This document shows, piece by piece, positions 39,750 to 53,179 of a stretch of DNA of 64,000 bases. The notes under the pieces were generated by a model. It worked only from the letters and a program-made list of their open reading frames with translations. It had not been told where the DNA came from and made no database searches. How positions within the stretch are numbered: the stretch's first letter is position 1; each line of letters starts with the position of its first letter. Origin of the DNA: Raillietiella orientalis (lineage: Eukaryota); NCBI GenBank assembly GCA_036172245.1, contig JAYWIR010000043.1:248001-312000 (forward strand). The letters run 5' to 3'. Position numbers and translations under genes: made by a program.

Positions 39750-40100
39750 TAAAATCTTTCAGGTGGAAAGATTTGGAAACTTGAAGAAAACATTGAAGAA
39801 ATCTTCAGCGGAGTATAAAATCTTCAACGCAGAAAGCATCCACTGATGCAAATGCCATATGAATCATGGCTACTACGTTGCCATATAAATCATCCCGAAA
39901 TGTTTTTAGGGTCCTGCATTGGAATAAGGAAAACTGGAGGATTTTGGTCTTCGTAGTCATGTCTAAATCAACTAGAATCTTTCCACTTCTTTCGATCTAC
40001 AAGCATGGCGAGGGGAATTCACATGCTTACGAAACGTTAAGGAAAGGGTAATATAAACAGACAAATGTGAAAGCTAACCCCAAGCTCCAACTGACCTTCC
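39750..40100 (+). pseudogene. Decayed PLS-class PPR fragment
   Basis: IIPKCF*GPALE*GKL (~39888-39936; cf. +L..CAQLGALEQGK), then STSFDLQAWRGEFTCLRNV. Confidence 0.5.
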
Positions 40101-40599
40101 TACCTCTTCTTTTAACTTCCAGCAAATTCGAATCAACGAAGATTCATAGCTTTTCAGGATTTCAGACAAATGACTTTATGATAAACAGCTTTTTCCTCTC
40201 ATTCTCATCTCTGTAACTCAATGTCTAAAGCCTCTGAATTTGGCGACAACTAGGAGAGTCACTATTTTCCTCGAAGGGATGCCATTATAGTGACATGGAT
40301 ATACATCTTTCATTCTTTTCAGATTATCGATTTGGTACAACTGAATACCAAACCTCTATGCACAATTAGATAACTCTACGGCTAGAAAAGGCAACCCGAT
40401 ATCATCCCGTATTCCAGGAACCCATTACGCAGAACCCCGAGAAAGCTTCAAAAAAACTTCAATTCTCAAAATAACCACGCTTGAATAGATTCTTCACTTT
40501 GAAAAAAAAAAGAAAAATAGTCAAGCATCTTTGGATTCCTCATGCTTTTGTATTACTTCACCCAAGTTTCCCATTATAGATAAACACATATTCGTCTTG

Positions 40600-42420
40600 A
40601 ATGAAAACGTTGTGATGACTTCCTGGAAACACAAGCTAATTGCACCTCACAACCACGATATCGGATGGAATTGATTTTAAGCACATCATTCGATTCTCTT
40701 AGACGCCGATCTATGAGGTATCATCTGCCCATCTCTGTACTCTCAATGCACTGATTCGTGTTTCCATCATAATGCAGAGGTTGCTTCCCAAACAGACGAA
40801 TGTCCATGATTTCTCTGCAAAAAGTGTGGAAGTTTTCTCTTGTAAAGGAAAAAGAAGAAAACTTGAGTTCCTCGACTACGAATAGGAGGAATAGGAGCTG
40901 ATTTCTGTGGATGAAGGGAGTCATCTATTCAATCTCCGGCACATTAGAGCTTGTGCAGCTTGTCGACAAGCTGCGTTCGTAAGTAAAATTCAAATCTGGA
41001 CATGAAACCCATTAAAGGAAGTATTCCTATCTGCCGACTGAATGCCTCATCTCCTGAACCAAATTTTTTCATCAAGCAGATCGATTAAACATATGTAATT
41101 CCTTTTATTTTGAAGCACAATGGGACTCTCAGCCTCACAGAGGACTCTTGGAGGTTTCCGCCGGTCTACCAACGCCTTGACGAAAATCTCCGAGGACACT
41201 GCCATAATTCGAGATCCCATTTCTGAGCTGATTGTTTATGAGGGAGAACTCCTGAACAATTTCTCTTGTAGTCGAAAAAAATTTATGAAGTGTGGTTTTC
41301 TTCCAGAAGTCACATTAGCTCAGAACTTTTGGGTAATTAGAATCAGAGTAGCTGCAGAAAGTACACATTCTCAGTTTAAGTTGCATCCTTACACCACGGA
41401 TATTTTGGTGCTTCCTAGAAATCAGAATTCTTCATGTGCAAATCTGTAATGCTGCCAGCCAAGCAGAACCTTGTTTCAGCATCCCTTCAGAAGCAAATAC
41501 ATAAGGAACAAGTTAACCTCAGGTGACCTTTAAGAGTTAAATTTGTTCTATAATGGTATGAGCCGCCCTTTTCCCTCACAGATGTCTTACATCCATCCCT
41601 GTTTTTCATCTTGTCCTTGAAACGAAAGTAGTAGGCCATTGTAGAGAGAAATAAAGTAAGAGAAATAAGAGAAAAGTCCCTATCACTGTGGATATCTTCG
41701 AATCTCTGGAACACCTTCACGCAGGAGGAGATAAGCTATACTCCATGGAGATTGACTGCACTAGCTGCTGCATGATGTATTAAACAGCAGTATGGCATCA
41801 GCACGTGTCTATATGACTTCCAGAAAGTTCAGGACCATCCTGTGGAGGGATGAAGCAATTGCTACAGGCACAACCCACAGGTGCGGAAGTGAGCTGCATG
41901 GACTTTTTCCACAAAAGGAAAAGTACGCACTTACTTTTCATCCTCGAGCTGCTTTCTTTAAACTGAGCAAAAATGGGCACAAAAGGCGATCAGCATCCTC
42001 ACTAGCACACGGTGACAGATCAGCATCGCACCCAAATTTTACTGCCCTCACATCCAGCATCCAAGGGTCTCTAGAGATCAATAATAGCAACTTTTAGATT
42101 TCCGGGAATAGAATCGATCCTTCAAGCAGGAAACTTCGTGTGACACAGAATTTCCTGTGTGGAAGAGCTGCTGCTAGAAGTTCCATGCATCATCTGTTTA
42201 TTACCTCAGCTGCACACGTCGTACTGCTTCTAACTGCATGCCTAGGAGCTTTCTGTGTGCACCATTCCTTCTTGGACACTTTGTAAACATCTGCCAGAGC
42301 GTATTTCAAATCGATGACTCCCAGCTTCCAGCTTTGTTTGCAAGAACACATAGAGTACATATTTCGTTCTTTTTGTTTTAGGGAAGAGGCAAATGAAGTG
42401 AGCGAATTCATTCTCAGGAC
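40600..42420 (-). pseudogene. Decayed PLS-class PPR fragment(s)
   Basis: KLGVIDLKYALADVYK (ORF 42190), AVKFGCDADLS..SEDADRLL (~41985-42045), DKMKNRD (ORF 41487) and CREIMDIRLFGKQPLH (ORF 40721). Confidence 0.6.
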
Positions 42421-42749
42421 TACAGAAATGATAAAATAGCTGGAATAATTAAATCAGAATATATTCTGGAAAAATATGCCGTTCCTTATGACTTGTCGGA
42501 TGAATAAAGGAATATAGCAAGGAAGCATGACTGCACATGTTCTCTATTTAAGGAATTCTTCCAAACATTCATTCATCACAATAAATCGTTTTTTCTCCTG
42601 AAGAAGCCCGGACCATCACAATGATTTTCGATCCATAATTATCATCCTCAGAATGTTATGATGCTCCTAATCCAACTGAGCAACAAAAAATCTGGCAGAG
42701 GCGGGCTGGTCGGGTCTTCACGGACAGGAGACGAAACCCAGACGGAAAC

Positions 42750-43330
42750 AAATTACATATCTCGATTTCCATCATCAGTCTCAACCACATTATGAGGGAA
42801 TAACATCCCGATATCAAACATCTTAGTCCCTCGTCCTCTCTGTGACAACAGCAAAGCAGAGATCTCCATCCATTTATGTTTGAAATCCGTCAGCGCTGTC
42901 ACTCTTAGAGACTCTACTTCCCACATACCTTCCTCTGACCAAAAGTGGGCAGAATATATCAGGCATTCTCGTGCGAGAATGCAGACCCTATCCTGCTTTC
43001 TCTCTCTCATGTGGAATGCCAAACCGAGTGGTGAGAACTGACTGAGGTGAGCAGCAAGTTTCTTCTTCCATCATGCGGTGAGAACTTGGTAGGCGAGTAA
43101 TGTCCGGAGCAGCGTTTGGTCGGCACGAAGCAAGACTTTCTTCAGTTTCCGCAGTCTTCTTTACTGTAAGTTCAGCCCACGGGCAAGAATTTATTCTTGC
43201 CACTGAAAGGCCCCTGAAGACAGTGAGCACTCTCCCAGTCGACGACCTACAGGCAATGTCTTCCTTTATGATAACTACACGCTGTTCCTACGCAACTGAT
43301 AGAATGCTACCACTTTTCTCCGAGGAATCG
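42750..43330 (-). pseudogene. Decayed PPR fragment
   Basis: VTALTDFKHKWMEISA (ORF 42753; cf. TAL+D.Y.KCG.+..A). RMMEEE..SP (ORF 42988). Confidence 0.4.
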
Positions 43331-44059
43331 TAAAACCCCACCCTCAATTTCATGAACGGTTATTACTATGTATTCGTTTGTTGCCAATGCTGATGGACTC
43401 TTGGAAGAGAGGGAAGACGGGGCTAATTGCATTCCGGAATACCCTCTCTGTTCGAATTAGCGAAATGACCTTTAACAAAAAGAAGAGCACACGCGATCTG
43501 GATTCTCAAGCAGATGGGGTCGAGAGCCTCATATCACATCAACGTCCACACAGAAAAGAAAAAGGAAAAAATTAAAGAGAAATGCACACAATTACTGTTA
43601 CTTTACATCTTTACATTCCAGCTTCCCTGCATTTCGTAGACGCGCACTCCTCCTCTGCTTTACCATCGAGAACGAAGCTTCTGTACCAAGTCGTTTGCCG
43701 CATCCGTACATCCGTGCACTCAGCACAGACATATGCGGTGCTTCCTTTTCAAATACTTTGCTGCTTTCACTTTATAGTTTGGTGTGAAAAAAAGAAATTA
43801 AAGATGGACTCCGATGCGTAGGAGTTTGGTCTGAGCCTGCAAAGTTGATGGAGCCTGCTAGGGCTAGAGTTCATTACAGGAACATCCAGAAGAAAAAAGC
43901 ATCCCTATCTGCACAAGGGAACGATCGACGGCACAGTTAGTAAAACGTTCATTCTGTTATTGGATTGATAAAATCTCTTCCCGGAAGCTATTAGACTTCA
44001 AATGTCATCTCCCAGCTGCCACGTGATGAAAAGATGAAGACAAGTTGCTGTGTATAATA

Positions 44060-45150
44060 CATTGATTTAGAACAGATAACTCAGAGCAGAAACCTGGAGG
44101 ATAAATATAGTTTGTAATGAAAAAAAAAGAGGCTTGAAATGAGTCATGTGCAGGTTATTACTTGTGTGTCGAGAATTGTCTGGAACTGCGTAGCGACCAT
44201 AGCAGTGCACCTGCCTTCTGTACCAATAATGTTCTACCACTGATGTGCCACAACCACCACAGTCATCATGCGCAGTCTGCTTAGCGAAATTCGGGAGGCT
44301 CAGATCCGAACTGTGCCCCACATAGTTTGGATACTTTATAGACGGTGCTCTATAAAAGAAGATGAAATGACGAAAATGCACTCAAATTCGGTTACCTAAA
44401 TTTCCTGGCGATGGCCAATCATTTTCAATGGTTTCCTCATCAAGCAGAGGTGCACTTCATTTCCTCAGAAATTGCCTGCAGCTCCGGTCCTTGATTAGTT
44501 TTACTTTTCTGTATTGCATTTTAATTATCTTCCGATCATTCGAATTTTGCATTATCTGAAGGGGCATCGCCTTCGATTAGTTCCTGGAATAATCGACTTC
44601 GGTTTGCGGTTACGGTCATTTTTTCCCAATCAGGAAGAGATTGATCGTTAATGACAGGCATAAACTATGATTTTCATGGTCCACCAGCGAGATCGAGTTC
44701 GATCGTATGTCACGATAAATAGTTTTCGAAGAGCACAGCATCACAAAGAGAAACATAATGCTTTAGATTAGGCATGTATTTCGGAAAGGTCAAATGCAAT
44801 GCATTAGCACGTGAGGGGTTCCCCACATTCGAATAGTGACTTCTCCAGCATCATCTGGATTTATCCCGATTCCCGATTGTCCGCGAGGTTAGGGGCGTTC
44901 TCGAAATGCTTTTTCATTTTACATGCTGGGAGTTAAGCATGCATAGTTCATCCTTGAATATGATCTTCTTCATCGCTCATGATTAAAGATCTGCTCCACA
45001 AGCGCGTTTGTAATAAACGCACTCTTCGAATGGCTGTCTTCATCATTCCTGCACACCGTGCGGAAGAGCACCACTTTTGGTTGACAGTGCACACGGCGCG
45101 CTCGCGGTAGCAACAAATCAGAAACATTCATTTCAAGTGCAATCTCGATG
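44060..45150 (-). pseudogene. Decayed PLS-class PPR fragment(s)
   Basis: RQVHCYG...DNSRHTSNNL (ORF 44067). LPACK and FECGEP...AFD (~44790-44935). Confidence 0.45.
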
Positions 45151-45469
45151 ACACGAGAAGAAAGGATGGTTTTTTGACCTATTGCCAGAATAGAGGTGAC
45201 ATGAGATTAAGGAAGCGGGTTTCGAACTCGGGCGAATCAATGAAAGTGCCACTGTGTTTCAGAATGACACGGAAGACACTCTGAGAGAAAGCATATGGAG
45301 CAGCACGAGAGGAATTCGCCCCGTTGTTACGTGACAGATGATCTCGAAGTATCTGGAAATGATCTCCATCCAAAAAGGAAGCTTGTAGTAGCAAGCACTC
45401 TCCTTATCAAGCGGCCACTCTGGCGTACGGCGTGAGAAGTCACATTTTGAAGGAGTTCTCAGGGCTCCT

Positions 45470-46350
45470 AGGGATGGATGTTAGTGGATTATTCGGTGTC
45501 ACCTGCTCCATATTGGGGCAGCCATAAGCGAACCGGATGCTGCACGCTCGGTAGCTACCGAGTCGTTGAAAAGAACTTGAAAAATCGAATGCCGAACTTT
45601 ATCGAAAAGGTCATTTTAGTTTCCCCGTTTTGTAGGTCTATGCTTCCGTTAGAAGCGGAGTTGCTTATTGTACATTGCATTCGGTGTCACGTGTTGCTAT
45701 TTGGAATTACGTTTGTTCTTTAGAGAATCGGTAGAAACCGTTGAATTGAAAACACCGATCCATGCCCTGTTAGTAACAAATATGTGCTCTGACGAATAGG
45801 GGTGTTCTCGTGAGCCGAATATCAATTATTATTCACGAAAAGCCCAGTTATGTATTCTTCTTGTCTTGCATATGGCTTACACTCTTCAGTAGAATAACCC
45901 TTCTGTTTCTTAGGCATCTTCTTTGGTGAGAATCAAAACGCGCGATTGCGACGGAGGAAGCTAAGACTACTTTCGCACCACAAATTGGTTTCGTCAGAAA
46001 ATTCTGATCAACGCGTGAGCCCTTGAAGAATATAAAATTTCAAAGATTCTCCCCTGAGGTAGGGGAATCGTCCACAGTCGAATGAGGGAGGACGGCGAGA
46101 TGCGGAGGAGGAACTGAGATGGATGCCAGACTCACCGCATTTCCGATTCTCAAGAACATCCACAAATCTTACCGGGAATATCTTTGGGGTTTTTTTATGG
46201 GGCTTGGATTGCAGAAAGCCGTATCCCACCTTGTGCACGACCACTATCGTAGGAGGACTTACTAAAGAGCCCAACCTAAAAAGGCAGTTCTTTCTGAATT
46301 CAGACATAACAAAAGGTCAAAACTTTTTACGAAATGTTTCCTCTCCATAG
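45470..46350 (+). pseudogene. Decayed P-class PPR fragment(s)
   Basis: SPFCRSMLPLEAELLI (ORF 45478). PTLCTTTIVGGLTKEPNL (ORF 46123). Confidence 0.4.
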
Positions 46351-46799
46351 GCAACCGCCTTGGCCTGAAGTGTTCGAGGAAAGAAGTTGGGGGTGGTAAG
46401 CTGCGGTGATAACCACAGGATAACAGCTTTCTGTGAACTCCGCTCACCTTCACTTTTGATGATTCGTAGGTACGCTTTGGTTCGCTTCAGCTGGCTCGCA
46501 TTAGAACAAACTGTGGGATTCTGAAGGAGGAGCTTCTAAAGAAGAAATCAGTAATGATATTCGCATTTTAAAAAATTCCTTTGTTTTTTTGCATCCTCCA
46601 TTCCACCAGATCTTCGTTGCTGCTGCCGTCGACAGATCACGTCTTTTCTGCTGCCCGTGAATGATGGAATGCATTTACATTTATTTTTCCTACAAAGCGG
46701 ACTTATGCATCTGTACCAAATCCTAAGCACTAAGCTGCTGAAACGATGCAAAGACATAGGAAGGATAGGAAGACACTGAGATCAGCTGCTGGGTTGTTG

Positions 46800-48410
46800 A
46801 AACGGAAGCTCCAGGTTCGCTGTTTCCATCACTGATAAATGAAATCTGTTGTGATTCTCCAAAAGGAAAAACTGAATTCATTTCCCAATTTCATGATATT
46901 TTGGGTACCTTCCAGGTACTCAAATTACTCGCAGGAGATCAGTGAATAACTTGGTGATGCAGGCAGTAGAAAATACCGAATGTTCAGTGAAATCAATAAG
47001 GGAGGCATTCGGGAGAGTGGAGAATGAGAACTGCAGATGGAAGAAGGAAGTGGTAGTGTTCAGCTCAGAAAAGCTTCATTTCTCCGCGGCTCCAAATCGA
47101 CAGCAGCGAGTATTGAGAAAATGAGTTCAATCGAAATTTCTCTCATCCTCTACCTTGAGGATTCCAAGTGCTGAAAGTTCCCGAGGGTACTTTTCAGATG
47201 TTGCAAAATGGACTCCGTACTCAAAGCCTTCATCCGATTCTCCTTCCACTCACATCGTTTGAACGCTTTCTAGCTTTTAAAGCAATATCTGATTCTTTTG
47301 AAGACTTTGAAACAACACAGCATCAGAGTGTTTTCTTGTTTGCACCGGAAACGAACGCATCGGGCCCTCTTTCCCAAAGCACTGCTCGTGACTCGAAGCG
47401 ATTTTTCTCACAAGAAAGGCAGCAATAGTTGAGATGAGCAAAGCATCCAAAAGTGTGTACAAGCAACAGTCCACCTACAATATGGTACGCACTTCACTTG
47501 AAAGAGCGCACGTTACGCACACCTAGGGAATCATTTCAGAAGGCAAGGATTAAATAAAAGCTTCACAGCTGCAGTTTTCGAGCCTTAGCTGCTGGTGATG
47601 GTGTGATTGATGTTGGAAGATCCATGTTTTGATAAGTAAAGGATGAGTCGACGGAAGGTCTCTCAGAGGACTTTCCATTATCGGATAACAGTAGGAAGAG
47701 ATAATGAGCAGAAGCTTTCTCAGAAGTACTGTGGTAATCTGCTTTTATTCTGAATATCTTATGCGGAAAAGCGTTGAGGACGTTCGCATGGCTGCCTTCG
47801 GTTCTTCCGAACTAATCCATAGTATGAGGCAGCATCTGAAATGGTACTGCGAGAGGAAACCTACGTATTCGAAAGTGTACATTGGTCTCCAGAGCAATCA
47901 ACTCTGGTTTGCTGTTCGAATTCTGCTTCCTCCTATTGAGTGTCGGTCTTCTCTTTCGCTCGCCTCTGATCCTCGCCTTCGGGCTCAGTCATGTCTTCAT
48001 CGCTGTCAAGTCCTCACAGTGAGAATTCATCAATGCAGTGGCACCGCCGTCTTCTTCGAAGGTAAGTCCGAGTCCGGATCCGGCGGGCTTCCCGGGTCCA
48101 TTAAACTGGAAGCGATTTTTTTTCCGGAGACTTCTGAAAGTCAGCGAAATCGTTGGCGAAAGGTGCGGGCACTGTTTCCTCGCCAGGGTCCACTGCTGCG
48201 ACCTTCGCCACGCGTGGTGCGCGCTGTTTGAAACCGATGGCAATGCTGCTGCCACTTTGTCGGCTATCGGACCGAAGCACACTGTTTGCACACGAACGCC
48301 GTTCCGTGCCCTGCCGACGAAAATCTTAACCATTTGCAATGAGGCCCGCGACCCCGCCCTTGTGCCGGCCGCCGCGTTCGGTGTTCATCAGTCAAGAAAC
48401 ACTTGACCTC
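46800..48410 (+). pseudogene. Decayed PLS-class PPR fragment(s)
   Basis: NNLVMQ...CSVKSIREAFGRVENENCRW (ORF 46942), FQMLQNGLR (ORF 47168), KSVEDVR (ORF 47704) and CCDLRHAWCALFE (ORF 48038). Confidence 0.55.
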
Positions 48411-49699
48411 TATTTCCTCGCACTTCTTTCGCTGGTCCCCCAAAAATCATTCCCGTTCCGTCCCTTCTCGATGGCAGGGGAAGAGGAGGAACTCTTGCTC
48501 CTCATTCGACAGCAGGCCGCCTTCGCCTCTCCTCTTCTTCCCCGCTGAATGGAGTAGAGAAGTAATTACTATTAAATAAAATGTATTGCTACATCCTTGC
48601 ACTTACCCTGGAGCACGAGGCTGTTTATTTTATTCTAGCTGCATGCTGTGCTCCTCTGCAAAGTTTCCGTAGGATTTCCCACAGACCCAAAAAGACATGC
48701 TACAGATCACTCATAATTACCTCTAATTCCCTCTCTTTTTTTGATGGAGCGTTGTAAGCTCTCTGTACATAGCCGTCGCTACAAGATTGATGTTGCCTGT
48801 ACCGAAATATTTACATTGATTAGCAGTTCTGATTGCACAGGTTCCCATTCCTGACTTGTTTATTTGCAAATTAAGGTGTGACGCAGCGAGTTTTTGTCTT
48901 CTAGTTTTGCTCTTGATTGGAAGCTCCGCGAGATTAAGAAGCCTTTTTGCTCCGAGGCTGTAGCTGCACCACCTCTTTTTCTCCGGGAAATGGAAGGCAC
49001 GGAGAAGAATGGCTGGCCTGAGGAATTCTCGCGGAAAACTCGGAAGGTTCCCTTCTTAGCGTGTTCGTCATTTTCCTACGTTCATTAATCCTGGTCATAT
49101 GAAGTAACCTTTGATTGTTTTTCATTTTCTCCATCATTCATTACTGTCGAAATTTCTAGCCCTCATGCTTGTCGGAACCTTAAAAATCCCACTAGTAATC
49201 CCTTCGAATTCCCGTGTACATACAAGGCATGTATACACAAACGCGCATTTTACATTACACTAATTTATGGTTCCCGTCTCCCTTGGACCGTCTGCTGCTG
49301 CATGCTCCCTTTATTTTTGCAGAACATTTCCCCAAAGAAGAATGCTTCCCTCCTCCGCTTCTCCCCTCCGATCTCCTTTCCTAGCAAAAAACAATGGGTG
49401 CTACCGCCGGAGGGAAGTCCCCTTCCTCCCCAGCATACAGGAGCACGTACCCCGTGGAACTTGCACACAAAGAGTTCCGGGTGTTCCTTGGTCTGCTTTC
49501 CGCACAGCATTCCACCCCCATGTGAGTGTGTCACGGGAAACGCCAATGCGCTCGCATTCCGCCGCCCTGAGCCACTCTTGAGGTCGCGAACTCCCAACTT
49601 CCTCGGTGGTGAGCTTGGGAAAACCGGGAGAATTCCGCGCTCGCTTCCAAACATCCCGTCGCGCAACCGTGAAAAGAAAGGGAAATAAATAGAACGAAA

Positions 49700-50900
49700 T
49701 CCTGAGATGGACGTCCGGCTAATGGAAAACACCGCGTGTTCTCTCCATTCCGGTTGGTTCTCTTGGTCTGCTCTTGTCGCTTGGTGTCGCGAAGGATACG
49801 ACCTCTGGCTGCAGGGAGTTGAGGCCCCCTCTGAGACGAAAGCAACTCTGGCTCCTGCCTCCCTCCTGCGCCCCTATCGCCGTCGGAAACCTCGGATTGT
49901 GCGCTTTCCTTTTTCGGAGACTCCACGTCTCATTGCCATGCCGCGGGTCCACAGATAAACCGATGCGACCCTCTGGTCCAAGAATTCATTCGATCCGGTT
50001 GCATCTACTTGCAAAGGCGCGGACGATGGGGCTCGGGTTGGCGCGTGCCAAGCGAAACTTGGAATGCTAGGGGCTCCACGAAGTGCACGTGGAGCATGGT
50101 CGAAGAGACCAAAAGAGAGCTCAGCCTGGTGACCATCTCGACTGCTCCTGATCTACTGCTCCAGCTTTCTCCTAGCTTCAGTGAACTCAAGAGTTCTCGC
50201 TAGGTTATGGGAGCCTCCCGGAAACTCGTCCTCGCATTCGCCGCGCCAGGTTAGAAACAAAGGGTCGTTCCAGCAGGACGAGGCTCCTTGGTAACGTTAC
50301 GTCGTCGCGACGAGGCTCCGCCGTACAATAAACGGGATACGCATCTATCCGTTGCGTACATTCCTCCATTGTTCGTTTTCCCGCGCATGCGCAAAGCGCC
50401 GCACGTTCTCGCAGAGATCTCGGGACTCAGTCGCAAGTCGAGCGGACAGAGTCGGGTGGATGCGGTGGTTGAGCGGCTCCACAGAAGGAACCGATGCGCG
50501 CTCCGTCCTCCGGATGTGAGTCGTCTGGAGCCAGCTGAGCTCCTTAGGGGTACGGTGCTCCGTGATCGAAATCTCCCTGCATTCCTCGGAGGTAGATGAC
50601 GAATCGGGAACGCTCGAGCAGGCGACGGGAAAGCTCGTGGTTGAGAGCGGAGAACCCGTGAAGGATCCATTGAAGCTGCTGCTGGTGAGTCCCTTTCGGA
50701 CTGCTGCCCTTTCTCCTCTTCTCGCTCTTCCTTGGGGGAGAGCTTTCCGGGGGTTCCGGCGGTGGACGGGCGCCCTCTTCCCCTTGCAGGCCTTGAGTTC
50801 CGGATCTCCGCCTCCTCGCGTGCGTCGCGTACAGCGAGCGAGTCGCTTGTCTTCTCGAGCCGCGCGGGGTCGCGGCCAGAAGGCGTAAGAGGTTCACCAG
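49700..50900 (+). pseudogene. Decayed GC-rich PLS-class PPR fragment
   Basis: TWNARG...SMVEE...LVTIST (ORF 50009), DRVGWMRWLSG (~50446-50478; cf. D.V.W..++SG) and SGTLEQA (ORF 50562). Confidence 0.5.
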
Positions 50901-51899
50901 CAGGGGCATGCTGTCGCTGTTCCCATCACTACTCCTCTACCCTCCGAGGGTCGGAGGCCAGACTGTTCCCGCCCGACGGTTTCATCCGTCGCCATCTTGC
51001 CTGCATCGACCCCCCCCCTCTCCCCGACCTGCCAAAAGCTCGCGCGTAACCTCGCCATTTTCGCCGTCGAACTCTCCTTAGAGTTGCTCCCCGCGCTGCT
51101 CCAAGAAGAGGACCCTTTCAGGGAGCACCTGAGTTTCTGGGTTCCCTTGGGAACAGTCCGCCCTACGGTCGGTCAATGTGGGCATTTCTCTCCACCTCCT
51201 GCCACTTGGTGGAGCGAAGAGCGAGTGTAGTAGGGCCGATGCTCACGGCACACAACCGTACGGTACCTTCACTTGCACAGAGCCCCTGTGCAGTCTTCGT
51301 GCGACTGTCCGTGCTCGTGTTGAGGGGTGGCACGCTTCGTGACGCATGCTCGTCTGCAGGCATCACGCCTGCGCTGTGATGCGCATAGATAAAGAGCAGA
51401 GATAGCTGGCCGGACGCTCTCGAAGCGATCCCTGATGCAGGTGGCTTCGGACCACAACGGTGGCGGCCTCAGCAAGCTCCAAGGAGGCGGACTCCCTTCC
51501 GGCTGGCTGCCTGGGGGACCTCAGGTGCCACCAGGCGGCTGTAGTCCGAAGTTGCTCGGACTCCAGGGAGCTAAGAAGGAAGTCCACAAGCGGGGGCGTA
51601 GCCGAGACCTCCCCCCCGTTGCCCAGTGCGAGGAAGGAAAGGTAGTGCGGGGTTAGGTCTGCTCATCGTGGAGCTTTCGCGACTTCCCCTGGGTCTTCCC
51701 CAGGAGGGCTGCACTCACAGGAGAGGAAGGGAAGCAGTGGGACAGCAAGCACTCAGCAGACTTCCCTGAGGAAACTGCGAACTCTCTGACCACCCACAGG
51801 GAGGGCTGTCGGGAGGAAGAGAATGTCTAGAGTCGTCCTTCGCCACAGCCGTAGAGGACCTCCGCGTAGCAGATCCGAGGTGATCCGGTCACAGCGGTG

Positions 51900-52690
51900 A
51901 CATTTATGGAGGTCATTTATCCCTTGCATCCCTCCCGGTTCCTCTGAGCTGCGGGCCTTTTCCCCTTCGTCTGCTTCCCACAGATCGCTCGGAAGTGTAC
52001 TTCGGGGAAAGGGGGCGGGAGCCGACCGCGAGTGGCTCCCTCCCTGCGGAACTCCGGGAAGACCGCTGGAAGGAAGTGGAGCCTCCGCCGATGACGGCGA
52101 CTCGGTCGCCCGAGCGAGAGGGAACCTTCGGCTTCTCAGCCAGGCTGGCTGGTGACGTCACTGCGAAGACGGGAGCACTCCGCAGCCTCCTGACAGCATT
52201 GGGACCGCGACGATTCCTCATCGATCACCCTGGAGCATGCGCAGCGCCCATCCCGTGGCGAGTTCGCTCAAGGGCACTCTTATCCCACCCTGCATCCCTC
52301 ATCTTTCGGGAGATGCGTCTACAGAGATGCGGAAACGAAACTGCAGAGCGTTTCCCTTTCGTGCGGCGAGCACGGATTTCCCTCCGGTTCGGGCACGGGA
52401 GACTCCCTCTGTTGCGACTCCACCCTGCGAGGAGGCAGAGGGTGAGCGCATCCCCTTTCCCCCTGGTTGGTGCCGGGATTGCGCCAATGAGTGGGCGTTC
52501 TCGGAGGCGGGACACCTCCGCTGCCGTCGGGTCGCCGGGAGCGAGGCGTCCTCGCAACTCCTGTGGACTGGAAGAGGGGGTCGGAGACGGCGGAACTGGA
52601 AGTTCCGGCCCCGGGTGGGCTGCCCGCTCGCCCGTTCGCGCGCTTGTGACCTGCTTGTGGGATGACGCGCAGCATCACAAGTGGATTTGA
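51900..52690 (+). pseudogene. Decayed GC-rich PLS-class PPR fragment
   Basis: LIFREMRLQRCGNETAERFPFVRRARISLRFG (ORF 51995; cf. LF.EM......PN..TFPFVL+AC..L...G). Confidence 0.6.
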
Positions 52691-53179
52691 CAGGAGTGAA
52701 GATCAGCTGCTGCAGGAAGGCGCGTCCTTTTTTCTTTCTTTCTTTTGAACGTCTGCGCACATGCGCGAAAGGCATGGAAATGCGCAAAAGGAGTTCCTTC
52801 TTTCTTTTTCTTTCTTTTTAAATTCGAGAATTGACGGTCCATATTTCCTGAGAGCAGCTTTCAGAATCTCACGGACGCCTCCCTTTTTTTTTTTCCATCT
52901 CCTAGATTATTTGTCCCAAAGGATGAGACAGGAAGGGAAAAACGCCCCGTCTGCCAGAGTCAAAAAATCCTTCCGCTGACGTGTCAGAAGCATGAGCTTG
53001 CCCATTGTTGTGATCCCTGGTTCAAGGCGCCAGGGTTCCTTTATCCTTTCCTGATCTCCAGTCGCCTGGAGCAGGGAAAAACGAGCTCGATTTTTATCCG
53101 GCGCTTCGGTTTGCAGGCAGCGCGCTTACCCCTTGTGCCGCTAGGGGCGCGGCTTCGTCGGCAGCGACGCGCTCCTAGC

